Both the position numbers and the translations under genes were made by a program. Below, one piece after another: positions 39,766-50,066 of a stretch of 56,861 nt of DNA (position 1 is the first letter of the stretch; the number at the start of each line of letters is the position of its first letter). Below the pieces are notes generated by a model. That model did not search any database. It had not been told where the DNA came from and saw only the letters and a list, made by a program, of their open reading frames with translations. The stretch lies in contig JBMNLI010000004.1 in NCBI GenBank assembly GCA_050952645.1, forward strand, positions 1 to 56,861, in the 5' to 3' direction. The DNA is from Bdellovibrionota bacterium. Lineage in GTDB: Bacteria; Bdellovibrionota_C; UBA2361; CAKMMH01.

Positions 39766-42700
39766 ATGAATTATTTATTTGAGGTTAGTTGGCAAGTTTG
39801 TAATAAAGTAGGGGGCATCAATACGGTTATCAATTCAAAAGCCTATGAGGCTATAAAAGAATATAAAGATAGATATATTCTTTTTGGTCCATTGTTAGAC
39901 GAAAACCAAGATTTTTTAGAATGTAAAGATGATGAGTTTTTAGAAATAAAAAACGTTTTAAACGATATAGGCATTCATTATAAAGTCGGCAAGCTAAATA
40001 TAAAAGGCGATAAGCCACTAGTAATTTTAATAGATTATAAAAACAGATACGAGGTTAATAAACTTCTTTATAGCTACTGGAAAGACTTTGGAATAGACTC
40101 TTATGGTGCCGAGTTGGATTTTATAGAGCCCGCACTTTTTGGAACTGCAGTAGGAGAGGCAGTAGTTTCTCTATATAAAAAATTGATAACTAATAAAAAT
40201 GATAAAATGATTCTACATTGCCATGAGTGGAAAACTGGAACTACACTTTTGTACGTTAAAAAACACGTATCTGAAATAGGAACCGTTTTTACTCCCCACT
40301 CAACGACCGTTGCTAGAGTGCTTGCAAATAAAACAAAAGACTTAAGTAGTGAGTTAGATAACATTAATGCTACGCAAGTAGCAAAAACTTATGGTGTTGC
40401 CCCAAGACATTTGCTAGAGAGCGCGGCAGTTACGAAAGCAGATTGCGTAACTACTATAAGCGAGCACGTTAGCAAAGAAATATACCAAGTCTACGATAAA
40501 AAGGTAGATTTTACCATAGGCAATGCTTTATCTTACTTAGAAAAGGATGATAATTTAAACGATAAAAATAAGAAAGAAAATAGAGAGTTTTTGCTAGATT
40601 TTTGTAGAAAATTTCTAAAAAAAGATTTGCCTGAAAATACGAGAATATTTTTAATGTCTGGAAGATGTGAGTTTGAAAATAAAGGCTATGATGTATTTTT
40701 AGAAGCATTAGCAAAATTAAATGATACTATAAAATCTGATGCATCGCTTCCTCCAGTTGTAGCGTTGTTCTTAGTATCTGCTGGGGATAAAGGGGTGCAC
40801 GATAGCGTAAGAAAGAGAGTAAAAGAGGGTAAGACTACCGAAGGAACAGTTGGAATTACTACTCATAGACTTAACGATGAGGGACATAATCCCATAGTAG
40901 ATAGTTGTTATAGATTGGGCTTACAAAACGCACCAGAAAATAAAGTAAATATAATTTTTTCCCCAGCTTTTTTAGATGGCTTAGATGGAGCTTTCGATAA
41001 AACTTATTTAGAAATTTTAAGAGGCGTAGACTTAGGAGTATTTCCATCTCTTTACGAGCCTTGGGGATATGCTCCACTAGAAAGTATGGCAGAAGGCGTG
41101 CCTGCGATTACCTCAGATGTTTCAGGAATTGCTGAATGGGCGATGAGTTTAAAAAATCACGACGGGCTTTATCTCTTAGGCAGAAAAGGAAAAAGCAAAG
41201 AGGAGGTTATAGATAGTCTTGAGGATATACTTTTAGATTTTTTAAAGAAGACTCAAAGTGAAATTTCCGCTCTAAATAATTTTGCGTATAGTTTGGCTAG
41301 AAAGGCTAATTGGAAAGATTCATTTCATTTATACATAGATGTTTATAATAAATCTTTAGAGGTAGCAGAAAAAAGATTTGATATTCTTGACTCGTCTGAT
41401 AGACAAATAGCTAAGGATGATAGAAATGCAAAGCCTTACTATCGTTCTTTTTCGGTCGTTTCAGATTTGCCTGAAGAGATAAATAAAATTTACGATTTAG
41501 CTTATAATTTATGGTGGTCTTGGAGTCCTGATGCTAGAGAGCTTTTCAATATGTTAGGTGGGGATCTTTGGGTAGAATGTGGATGCAACCCAGTTAAGAT
41601 GCTAAATAGTTTATCGTCTGATGCGGTTGCTAATAAGTGCAAAGATGAAAATTTTATCAAGCTATATAACTCTGTAATACGAGAGTTTGAAGTGTATATG
41701 AACGATAAAACTTCTTATGCAAAAGCCGAAGATAAATCTAGCGATACGGAGCCGATAGCATATTTTTCTATGGAATACGGGCTTCATGAGTGTATGCCTA
41801 TTTACTCTGGAGGATTAGGAGTTCTATCTGGTGATCATTTAAAATCTGCCTCAGATATCAATATTCCTTTGATAGGTGTTGGGCTTTTTTATAGAGAAAC
41901 TTATTTTAAGCAAGTCATAGATCATAATGGCTACCAACAAGAAGAGTATATTAAGCAAGACCGCTCGATGCTTCCTATGAAAGCACTGCTAGATGAAAAC
42001 GCTAATGAAGCAAAAGTTTGTGTTCAGCTTCCAGGAAGAAATTTGTATTTAAGAGTTTGGGTAGTAAATGTAGGTAGAATAAAATTGTACTTACTAGACT
42101 CAGATTGTGAAGAAAATGAGCTAATGGATAAAGGCTTAACTGCTAGGCTTTATGGTGGAGATAGACGCACAAGGATAAAGCAAGAGATAGCTTTAGGAAT
42201 TGGTGGCGTTAGACTTTTAAGAGATGTCTTAAAGTTATCTCCTAGCGTATACCATTTAAATGAGGGGCATTGTGCTTTTTCAGTTCTAGAAAGAATGCAT
42301 CGCTTAATGAAAGAAAGGGGCTTAAATTACCAAGAAGCTAGAGAGGCGGTAAAGGCATCAACGGTATTTACTACGCATACGCCAGTTCCTGCTGGGAATG
42401 AAGTGTTCGAGTTTGATTTGCTCAAATATTACTTATATAGCTACGTAGATAGACTTCAAATTAGTTGGGAAGAATTTATAGAGCTAGGTTGTGAAAATCA
42501 TATAGGTGATACAGATAAATTTTCTATGACCGTTTTAGCGTTAAAGTTAAGTTCTAAAGCTAATGGCGTTGCGAAGCTTCATGGTGTAGTAAGTAGAAAT
42601 ATGTGGCAAAACGTTTGGAAAGGAGTAAACGAAGAAGATTTGCCAATATTTTCTATTACTAATGGAATTCACACTCAAACTTGGCTAAGCAATAATATGA

Positions 42701-43998
42701 GAAAACTATTTAACAAGTATACTCAGATAAAATGGGGTATAAACGATGACTCATTTGAAGCTTGGGAAAAGGTGCAAGATATTCCGAATGAAGAATTCTG
42801 GGCAGTTAAGTTAGATCAAAAACAAAAGTTTATAGATAGAATAAAAAATAAAATAAGAAAAGACTACGCTAAGAGAGGAGAGAGCAAAGATTATATTGAA
42901 ATGGTTGTAAATAACTTAAGAGCAGATGTTTTAACTATAGGCTTTGCGAGAAGATTTGCAACTTACAAAAGGTCTGACTTGTTTTTAAGAGATTGGGAAA
43001 GGATAGTAAATATTTTATCTAATGATGAGCGCCCTGTGCAAATTATAGTGGCAGGAAAGGCACATCCTCAAGATATTGCTGGAAAGGAAATAATCGAGCG
43101 TATAGTGGTTGCCACTCGAGATCCGCGTTTAAGAGGAAGAGTAGTGTTCCTTGAAAACTACGATATGGGAATAGGTAGACTACTTACTAGGGGCGTTGAC
43201 GTGTGGATGAATAATCCTGTAAGACCTCACGAAGCTTCAGGCACATCTGGTATGAAAGTTTGTCCTAACTTGGGTATAAATTTTTCTATTTTAGATGGCT
43301 GGTGGGACGAGGGATATAGTGAAGATGTAGGTTTTAAAATAGACTCTGGAAAACATTTTGATAATAGAGATTACCAAGATGATATAGATAATAAAACACT
43401 TTTAGATGTTCTAGAAAATCAAATTATCCCTATGTATTACGCTAGGAATGATAAAGGGTATTCCGATGAGTGGTTCAGGATCGCAAAAAATTCAGTTAAA
43501 AAATTAAGTCCATACTTTAGCACTCAAAGAATGCTAAAAGAGTATTACGACTTAAGCTATGAACCGACTGCTCTAAGAGCAAATACGCTTTTTGCAGACG
43601 ACTACAAAGAGTTAAAAGCACTTACTAGCTGGAAGAGACGAGTATCTAATACTTTCTCAACGGTTCAGATAGTTAAATTAAATGTTGAAGGAATTTCTAG
43701 CGATTTAATGCCTGCAGGAGGAACGGTAGTAGCTACTATGCTCGTAAATCCAGGGCGTCTTAATAAAGACGAGCTACTAGCGGAGTTTGTGCTATTAAAA
43801 AGAACAGATAATAATAAGAAAGATGGGTTAAACGCTATGCCATTAGAGATTAAAGAAGTTAAGAAAGATGGAAGTATAGAATATACTACTACATTTGAGA
43901 TTTCTGAAAGTGGCAATTATTCTTATGCTGTAAGGATTATGCCTTATAATAAGCATTTAGCTTCGAGGCAAGAAACTGGGTTAATCTGCTGGGGATAA
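39766..43998 (+). CDS. fused glycogen synthase (GT3) - alpha-glucan phosphorylase (GT35)
   Basis: N-half FEVSWQVCNKVGGI, HEW, NKGYD, PSLYEPWGY; C-half LAYNLWWSW, EYGL..YSGGLG.L.GD.LKSASD, NEGH, ARRFATYKR, EASGTSGMK. Confidence 0.93.
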   Translation: MNYLFEVSWQVCNKVGGINTVINSKAYEAIKEYKDRYILFGPLLDENQDFLECKDDEFLEIKNVLNDIGIHYKVGKLNIKGDKPLVILIDYKNRYEVNKLLYSYWKDFGIDSYGAELDFIEPALFGTAVGEAVVSLYKKLITNKNDKMILHCHEWKTGTTLLYVKKHVSEIGTVFTPHSTTVARVLANKTKDLSSELDNINATQVAKTYGVAPRHLLESAAVTKADCVTTISEHVSKEIYQVYDKKVDFTIGNALSYLEKDDNLNDKNKKENREFLLDFCRKFLKKDLPENTRIFLMSGRCEFENKGYDVFLEALAKLNDTIKSDASLPPVVALFLVSAGDKGVHDSVRKRVKEGKTTEGTVGITTHRLNDEGHNPIVDSCYRLGLQNAPENKVNIIFSPAFLDGLDGAFDKTYLEILRGVDLGVFPSLYEPWGYAPLESMAEGVPAITSDVSGIAEWAMSLKNHDGLYLLGRKGKSKEEVIDSLEDILLDFLKKTQSEISALNNFAYSLARKANWKDSFHLYIDVYNKSLEVAEKRFDILDSSDRQIAKDDRNAKPYYRSFSVVSDLPEEINKIYDLAYNLWWSWSPDARELFNMLGGDLWVECGCNPVKMLNSLSSDAVANKCKDENFIKLYNSVIREFEVYMNDKTSYAKAEDKSSDTEPIAYFSMEYGLHECMPIYSGGLGVLSGDHLKSASDINIPLIGVGLFYRETYFKQVIDHNGYQQEEYIKQDRSMLPMKALLDENANEAKVCVQLPGRNLYLRVWVVNVGRIKLYLLDSDCEENELMDKGLTARLYGGDRRTRIKQEIALGIGGVRLLRDVLKLSPSVYHLNEGHCAFSVLERMHRLMKERGLNYQEAREAVKASTVFTTHTPVPAGNEVFEFDLLKYYLYSYVDRLQISWEEFIELGCENHIGDTDKFSMTVLALKLSSKANGVAKLHGVVSRNMWQNVWKGVNEEDLPIFSITNGIHTQTWLSNNMRKLFNKYTQIKWGINDDSFEAWEKVQDIPNEEFWAVKLDQKQKFIDRIKNKIRKDYAKRGESKDYIEMVVNNLRADVLTIGFARRFATYKRSDLFLRDWERIVNILSNDERPVQIIVAGKAHPQDIAGKEIIERIVVATRDPRLRGRVVFLENYDMGIGRLLTRGVDVWMNNPVRPHEASGTSGMKVCPNLGINFSILDGWWDEGYSEDVGFKIDSGKHFDNRDYQDDIDNKTLLDVLENQIIPMYYARNDKGYSDEWFRIAKNSVKKLSPYFSTQRMLKEYYDLSYEPTALRANTLFADDYKELKALTSWKRRVSNTFSTVQIVKLNVEGISSDLMPAGGTVVATMLVNPGRLNKDELLAEFVLLKRTDNNKKDGLNAMPLEIKEVKKDGSIEYTTTFEISESGNYSYAVRIMPYNKHLASRQETGLICWG

Positions 43999-44116
43999 TT
44001 TAAAAGTTTGTATTTTAAAAAAAAGCCTTAAAGATCTTTTTATATCTTGCTAATAATTTTATAAACATTATAAAATATAGGTGTCGATTTTTTTTATTTT
44101 AAAGGTTTCTAAAATT

Positions 44117-44647
44117 ATGGCAAAAATTACTAAACAAGAAAAAGAAGAGTTTCGCAAGTATCAAGATTTATTTAATAGTGTTGAAGAAAATGTTCTTTCA
44201 TCAATCTGGTTTACAGAGAATTTTTCATCAGATAAGCTAGGGGCTATTGTGCTACTAATAAAATCTTATCAAAATTTTAGTCTTTTAGTTTTAGATTATT
44301 ATGATGATAAGAAAAAACTAGCGCTTGATGAGTTAGACGTTGAAGCTCTTAGAACTTCAATAGATGATGTGCTTAAAAAAGCGTTAAAAGAAGATGAATA
44401 TAAATTTTGGGATGAGCATTACAAAAAGTTTTTCGCTTATAAGGATGCGTTTTTAAATTTTAAGCAAGATGCTGAGGTCGATCCTAAATTTATTGAAAAA
44501 TTTCAGCAAATACTTTCTAGGAGTTTAAATTATGTGATACGTGATATTAGAAAAAAATATCACTACGATAATAAGAGCATTTGTAAAAGAAGCGTTAAAT
44601 GGGTTTTGTTAATTTGTTTGATAATATTTGGTGTGTTTTTACTATAA
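44117..44647 (+). CDS. hypothetical protein with C-terminal TM helix (likely N-part of fusion with next ORF)
   Basis: helical soluble region ending WVLLICLIIFGVF; overlaps next ORF at T5 run. Confidence 0.65.
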   Translation: MAKITKQEKEEFRKYQDLFNSVEENVLSSIWFTENFSSDKLGAIVLLIKSYQNFSLLVLDYYDDKKKLALDELDVEALRTSIDDVLKKALKEDEYKFWDEHYKKFFAYKDAFLNFKQDAEVDPKFIEKFQQILSRSLNYVIRDIRKKYHYDNKSICKRSVKWVLLICLIIFGVFLL

Positions 44648-45095
44648 CAAAGCTAAAAAGTATGAAACTTATAATTTCTTAAATTGGAAAGATTTCGACC
44701 ATAATTGGAAATATTCTCTTTTAAGACAAGACTATGGAGTATTAAAAAAGGAAAAGGCAGTTAGTGGTAACCCTTGTAATATTAAAGGGAATGTTTATAA
44801 AAATTGTTATGGCACTCATGCGGTATCTAAAATCAAGCTTACATTTAAGCCTAATTTTACAGAGTTTTCAGGGGCGTGTGGTGTAGATAAGCAGTGCTGG
44901 GGAACTGTTAAATTTATAATTAAAGATAAAGATAATAATGTTCTGTTTGAAACTGGTGTAATGAATAGAGATATGGAAGCTCAAAAGTTTTCAGTTCCAG
45001 TTAAGGGATTAGATACTTTATTTTTACACGTTGAAGATGGTGGAAATGGCATCTCTTGCGATCACGCAGATTGGGTAGACTTAGAACTTAAATAG
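44628..45095 (+). CDS. NPCBM/NEW2 carbohydrate-binding domain
   Basis: YGTHAVS...FSGACGVD...GTVKF...LFETGVM...VPVKGLDTL.L.VEDGGNGISCDHADW. Confidence 0.85.
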   Translation: MVCFYYNKAKKYETYNFLNWKDFDHNWKYSLLRQDYGVLKKEKAVSGNPCNIKGNVYKNCYGTHAVSKIKLTFKPNFTEFSGACGVDKQCWGTVKFIIKDKDNNVLFETGVMNRDMEAQKFSVPVKGLDTLFLHVEDGGNGISCDHADWVDLELK

Positions 45096-45284
45096 AATGT
45101 TATTAAATAGAATATTCTTAAATAAAGTTTAATTCTTTTAAGTTTTTAGTTTTAAGCTTTAAGTTTTTTCTTTAAGCAGTCTTTAAGCAGATTGCTAGGA
45201 AGACCAGATTGCTAGGTTAAACTTAAAGCTTAGAACTTAAAAGAGACGTTTAATTTTATTTTAGTGCTTTATCTCATTTTAGTT

Positions 45285-46211
45285 TCATTTTAGTTTCATC
45301 TTAGCTCTTATAGTTTCAAAATTGTCTTCAGTAGAGAAGTTTATAAATTCATCGAAGTTTTTACTATTTAAGTTAGACTTACTGCTGATTTTCCAAGAGT
45401 ATAAGATATTTGAAATTTTGTTATCAAAGTTTTCTATGCTTTCACTAAAAGCACACTTAAAACTTTCATTAAAAGCATATCCCTTATTAAGAAGAGAAAA
45501 TAATTTTTTAAAATTCTTGATATCACTATTTTTAATCAAGTATTTTACGCTAAATAGCGACTCTGCATAAGCTACTGGGACTAAATACGTTGGCATAGTC
45601 GTATAGCTTCTTTCTAAATTGCTTAAACTTAATGCATTATGCTCGTTTAAAAAGTTTTCTAGCTCTTCCCATAATCTTGGGTTTGTGTTTCCTTCAGCCC
45701 ATTGGGCTAAGCCCTCGTCGAACCAACTAGCGCAATTTCCATGCGATAAATTGTAGATGAACGCATGCATATATTCGTGCCTTAGAGATTTTAAAAACTC
45801 GATATCGATTTTTTTATTATTGTTAATATTATCATCGATAGGAAAAATAATATGCTTTTTAAAATATATAGCATTTATCCAATTTGGAACTTTAGTGATG
45901 TTAAAAAATTTATCTTGCTCTATAAGTTTGATAGTTAGGTTAAAATCTTTAGGAGAGCCTAATAACTTTTCATAAATATAATGTATTTCCCTTACTCTAT
46001 CTTTTAAATCTCGTGCAAGAGTTTTATATTGCGGTTCGTAATAGATGGAGATATTGGCATTTTCATTTATGTAAACTTGAAAGCTTTTCTCATTTTTAAA
46101 GTATAAATCTTTAATATTAAATGAGTTAGCAAATCCGCTCTTTGCTAAAATTAAGCTAGGAAGTAAGCTAGATAATATAAAGAATCTAAGTGTAAAAACA
46201 AATTTTCTCAT
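45285..46211 (-). CDS. exported zinc metallopeptidase (peptidase MA-like, gluzincin)
   Basis: signal peptide; LRHEYMH...WFDEGLA; AYAES. Confidence 0.8.
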   Translation of the reverse strand: MRKFVFTLRFFILSSLLPSLILAKSGFANSFNIKDLYFKNEKSFQVYINENANISIYYEPQYKTLARDLKDRVREIHYIYEKLLGSPKDFNLTIKLIEQDKFFNITKVPNWINAIYFKKHIIFPIDDNINNNKKIDIEFLKSLRHEYMHAFIYNLSHGNCASWFDEGLAQWAEGNTNPRLWEELENFLNEHNALSLSNLERSYTTMPTYLVPVAYAESLFSVKYLIKNSDIKNFKKLFSLLNKGYAFNESFKCAFSESIENFDNKISNILYSWKISSKSNLNSKNFDEFINFSTEDNFETIRAKMKLK

Positions 46212-46464
46212 TTTCCCACACACACAAAAGAATATATAAAAAACCTATTTATGCGTATAAAATCGGCAAAATAAGCAATTTTCTTTAAATAAAAAATCAT
46301 TAGATATCAAATAGTTATAGAAAAAATAGTAAATAAAAATGTTTTTAGCTTCAGATTCTAAGCTGATTTTTTATTCAGTCGACACTTAAGACTAATAAAA
46401 GGTATGTGTATGCTAAACATTTTGTTTGCAAAACGGTTTTTTATTACATTTTTATGAGGATTGT

Positions 46465-48864
46465 ATGAAAAAAAGGTTGTCCCTTTTATGTGTGTGCTTA
46501 ATAGTCTATCTTACTAGCAATGTTGCTTCAGTTTTTGGCAAAGATTTTGCTAAAGATGATTATTTTACTAGACAAAGTTTTACTAGAGAAAGTTTTACTA
46601 GAGAAAGTTTTGAAGAAAGCAACTACCAAGAAAGCAATAAGCTAAAGGTTTACCCAGGATACGTGGTAAAATTTTCAAATGATAAAATAGAAGCTAAAAA
46701 TACTAAGCAGCTTTTTAAATCTTACAATTATAGAGTTCAAAAAAGTTTTAAAAATTATTCACTAATATTACCAAATAAAGAATCTATATATAGCGATGAT
46801 GAAAATAACGATAAAGGTTTTTATTTAAGAACTAAAGAATATAATAAAAATGATAATACTTGTTTAGAATTAAAAAAATTAGGTGCCATAGAGTGTAGCC
46901 CTAATTTTGAATTTAAAGCCTCTATGGTAGCCCCAAACGATCCGCAATACTCGAAGCAATGGGCTTTTTCAAATAAAGGAATAAATGCTGAGAATGATTT
47001 AGAAAAATTAAAAGGTGATAAGAAAACTGTCGTTGCAGTAGTAGATACTGGAATAGATTACTATCACCCTGATTTAAGAGATAATTTATGGGTAAACCCA
47101 AGAGAAATTCCGAATAATGGTATAGACGATGATGGAAATGGCGTTATAGATGATGTATATGGTGCAAATTTCGTAGACGATACGGGGAGCCCTTTAGATG
47201 ACCACGGACATGGAACGCATGTTGCTGGAATTATAGGAGCTAAAGGAAATAATGGAATAGGCGTTGCAGGTACGAACTGGAATGTAAAAATAATCTCAGT
47301 AAAATTTTTAAATAGCTACGGTTCAGGTTCTTTATATAATGGCATCAGGGCTTTTGAGTATTTAGAAGATTTAAAAAATAGTGGAGTGGATATAAAGGTA
47401 GTAAATAATAGTTGGGGTGGAAGTAGCTACGTGCAATCTCTTTTTGATGCTATGGACAGTTTAGCAAGAAAAGGCGTTATATTAACCGCGGCTGCTGGAA
47501 ATGAAGCTAGTGATAACGATGTTCTTGGAACGTATCCTGCAAATTTTGATATCGATAATTTAGTGTCTGTAGCTTCTACAGATGAGCAAGGAGGTATATC
47601 GTATTTTTCTAATATCGGAGGAAGCACGGTCGATATCGCTGCTCCTGGCTCTCATATATTAAGCACCTATTTAAATGGGCAGTATGCTAGTATGAGTGGA
47701 ACTTCCATGGCTACGCCTTACGTAACTGGCGCGCTTTCGCTACTTTTTAGCTATAACTCATCTCTAAGCGCTAAAAATGCGATAGAGCGTCTTTATAACA
47801 CTGGGCGTGATGAGAGTACTCTATCTGGCTCAGTTAGAACTGGAAGAATGGTTGATATTTCAAGATTATTATATAACAACACTACTCCGCTTCCAGAAGA
47901 TCCAAGTTGTGCTTATAGCGTTGAAAAAATAAATTACACTTCTTATAATTCTGCTGAAAACAGCGAGATAGTTATGCAATCTGATGAGTATCCATACTAT
48001 AATTTAACGCTTCCTTTTAGTTTTCCATTTTACGGTAAAAATTATTCTAGTGCAGTAATTTCTCCTAATGGTGTAGTCTATTTTGGATATACTCCTACAT
48101 CTTTCGATTTTAGAAATGATAGCGTAGCTCCTAAAAACTCGATAGCGGCTCTCCATACGGATTTAATAGCTAGTAGCAACCCTTATGGTGTAAGAGTATC
48201 GGTTGAAGGCGATAGAGCTACGATATACTGGCGTGCAAAATATTATTTAAGACAGTTTGCAGGTAATGTTGGCGATGTTTATATAAAGCTCGTGCTACAT
48301 TCTTCAGGAGTTATAGAAAATTACGTATCGTTTTATGATGAAGATACCTTAAATGCAGTATCTCTTAAGTCTACTATTGGAATATCTGGAAAAGATTCTT
48401 CTAGGACTACTTATTCGTATAATTCTTTAGGCAATATTACGAATAATTTAGCTATAAGATATGTGCCAACTTGCACAGTGCCAGAAAATTTAAATGTAAG
48501 AAGTGTAAATTTATATAGAGTTGAAAAAAACAAGAAATTTAAAAGATTAAAAAGAGCAAAAATTTATGCTATCGAACTTGCAGGAGAAGGCACTGGGCAG
48601 GTGCAAGCAAGGATTGGTTTTGAGTTTGGATTTTGTCCCGATATAGTAAATATTCAAGTCGATAATGGAAGAGCCGTTAAAAATGGAACGCTAAGAGTAC
48701 CTGTAAATTATGCAAGGAAACTTAGAATAGAGGTGCCTAAGTATAATTTAAAAACGGCAAAAAATATTTTAAGCGTTAAAAATAATAAAAAGCAATACAA
48801 TAGAAAAAGAAGCAAAAGACAATTAAATGCAAGATGTAGAAGATTGATGTTGAATTTACAATAA
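46465..48864 (+). CDS. secreted subtilisin-like serine protease (S8) with beta-rich C-terminal extension
   Basis: signal peptide; VAVVDTG, HGTHVAG, AAAGN, SGTSMATP; IDDDGNGVIDD Ca loop; LPFSFPFYG (NIDO-like). Confidence 0.93.
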   Translation: MKKRLSLLCVCLIVYLTSNVASVFGKDFAKDDYFTRQSFTRESFTRESFEESNYQESNKLKVYPGYVVKFSNDKIEAKNTKQLFKSYNYRVQKSFKNYSLILPNKESIYSDDENNDKGFYLRTKEYNKNDNTCLELKKLGAIECSPNFEFKASMVAPNDPQYSKQWAFSNKGINAENDLEKLKGDKKTVVAVVDTGIDYYHPDLRDNLWVNPREIPNNGIDDDGNGVIDDVYGANFVDDTGSPLDDHGHGTHVAGIIGAKGNNGIGVAGTNWNVKIISVKFLNSYGSGSLYNGIRAFEYLEDLKNSGVDIKVVNNSWGGSSYVQSLFDAMDSLARKGVILTAAAGNEASDNDVLGTYPANFDIDNLVSVASTDEQGGISYFSNIGGSTVDIAAPGSHILSTYLNGQYASMSGTSMATPYVTGALSLLFSYNSSLSAKNAIERLYNTGRDESTLSGSVRTGRMVDISRLLYNNTTPLPEDPSCAYSVEKINYTSYNSAENSEIVMQSDEYPYYNLTLPFSFPFYGKNYSSAVISPNGVVYFGYTPTSFDFRNDSVAPKNSIAALHTDLIASSNPYGVRVSVEGDRATIYWRAKYYLRQFAGNVGDVYIKLVLHSSGVIENYVSFYDEDTLNAVSLKSTIGISGKDSSRTTYSYNSLGNITNNLAIRYVPTCTVPENLNVRSVNLYRVEKNKKFKRLKRAKIYAIELAGEGTGQVQARIGFEFGFCPDIVNIQVDNGRAVKNGTLRVPVNYARKLRIEVPKYNLKTAKNILSVKNNKKQYNRKRSKRQLNARCRRLMLNLQ

Positions 48865-48937
48865 GACTAATACAATCAAGACTAATACAATCAAGACTAA
48901 TACAATCAAGACTAATACAATTAAGACTAATACAATT
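48863..48937. repeat. 15-bp tandem repeat x5 (AAGACTAATACAATY)
   Basis: starts at the S8 stop codon. Confidence 0.92.
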
Positions 48938-49200
48938 AAAACTAAAAGATTAAAAAAAGCTTCCCCCCTTTTTCTTATTTTATATGTTTTAAGTTTATGT
49001 GCTAATTTATATTTTGCATTATAAAAAATAATTATCTATAATGCTAAAGGTAAATAAAATTAGGTTTTGGAGTTTTGCTTTCAAAGATTATTAGAAATTA
49101 TTTTTGCAAAGTAGCTTGGTTTTATAAATGCAAGCTTTCTTTAAAAAAACTAAAAATTTTCTTTGCAGTAAATGTAAGGAAATAGAAAGTGAGAGAAAAA

Positions 49201-49551
49201 ATGAACACAGTAGTGATTTTAAGCCTTGCCAATTTGAAAGATAATGCGGATGCAAGGCAAAAATTTAAGGTTGAAACTTTAACCGCTCTTCGTTCGTTGG
49301 GAATTTTTAACGATGATGATCTCAAACTTATCGAAGGCTATCTTCCTAAGAATGATAAAAAGGATAGTGCCACTATCTCTGTGGTTATTGGCGAATTTAA
49401 TAAGCTCTTACCTATTATTAATGGAGTTACTTGTAAGCGTAGCGGTAACGCCCCTATTTACGTTGCTTGCGTAGAAGTTGGCGAACGCAAATTCATTTTT
49501 CGAGTTGCAGGTTGGTTCCCTAAAAAGACAGTAGTTTTAAAATCTCTTTAA
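49201..49551 (+). CDS. hypothetical protein
   Basis: ATG at 49201; coding-like composition. Confidence 0.6.
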   Translation: MNTVVILSLANLKDNADARQKFKVETLTALRSLGIFNDDDLKLIEGYLPKNDKKDSATISVVIGEFNKLLPIINGVTCKRSGNAPIYVACVEVGERKFIFRVAGWFPKKTVVLKSL

Positions 49552-49612
49552 TAGGATATAAGGAGCCGTTTTTAAACGCTACTTTTAACGGTCGTTTTTT
49601 TGTTTACAAATG

Positions 49613-49685
49613 AAACGTGGAAGCGCCTTAAAGGTTAGCGCATCGTTTTTTATAAACTTAGCGCCTAGCTTTTAAGTCCACGTTT
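49613..49685. terminator. long imperfect hairpin between convergent genes
   Basis: AAACGTGGA/TCCACGTTT outer stem, CTTAAAGGTTAG/CTAGCTTTTAAG inner stem, T-run follows. Confidence 0.5.
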
Positions 49686-49716
49686 TTTTATTTTTCTATC
49701 TTTTAAAATCTTTATC

Positions 49717-50022
49717 TTATTTAGAAAATAAATCATCTAACTTTTTATAAATATCTTGCTTAGAATCTTGTAGTTTTGAAGCGTTAGTTTTATTTTCGTG
49801 TATTAAAGTTTTAGCTTTAAAATAATCACAATAGTTAGCCTTTTCTTTGTCTAAAATTCTATCTGCTTGAGTTTCTTTGCATTCATTGTAGACTGAAAGT
49901 GAATAAAAGACACAATTTTTACAGCAGTGAAGATCACTACCACATTTTTCGCAAACATCCCTAAGCGAAATATTTTGCTTAAGCATATTTATATGGTTAC
50001 AGTGGAAACATTTTAATTCCAT
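49717..50022 (-). CDS. small Cys-rich putative zinc-binding protein
   Basis: CFHC, CEKC, CKNCVFY, EC.E, ANYCDYF, ends LDDLF. Confidence 0.8.
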   Translation of the reverse strand: MELKCFHCNHINMLKQNISLRDVCEKCGSDLHCCKNCVFYSLSVYNECKETQADRILDKEKANYCDYFKAKTLIHENKTNASKLQDSKQDIYKKLDDLFSK

Positions 50023-50066
50023 AAAATATTATACACCTAACTTATAGAATAATTAGCAAAAGTATT

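Noticed and set aside
48863..48937. CRISPR array or iterons
   Set aside because: Contiguous 15-mers without spacers; no rep gene nearby
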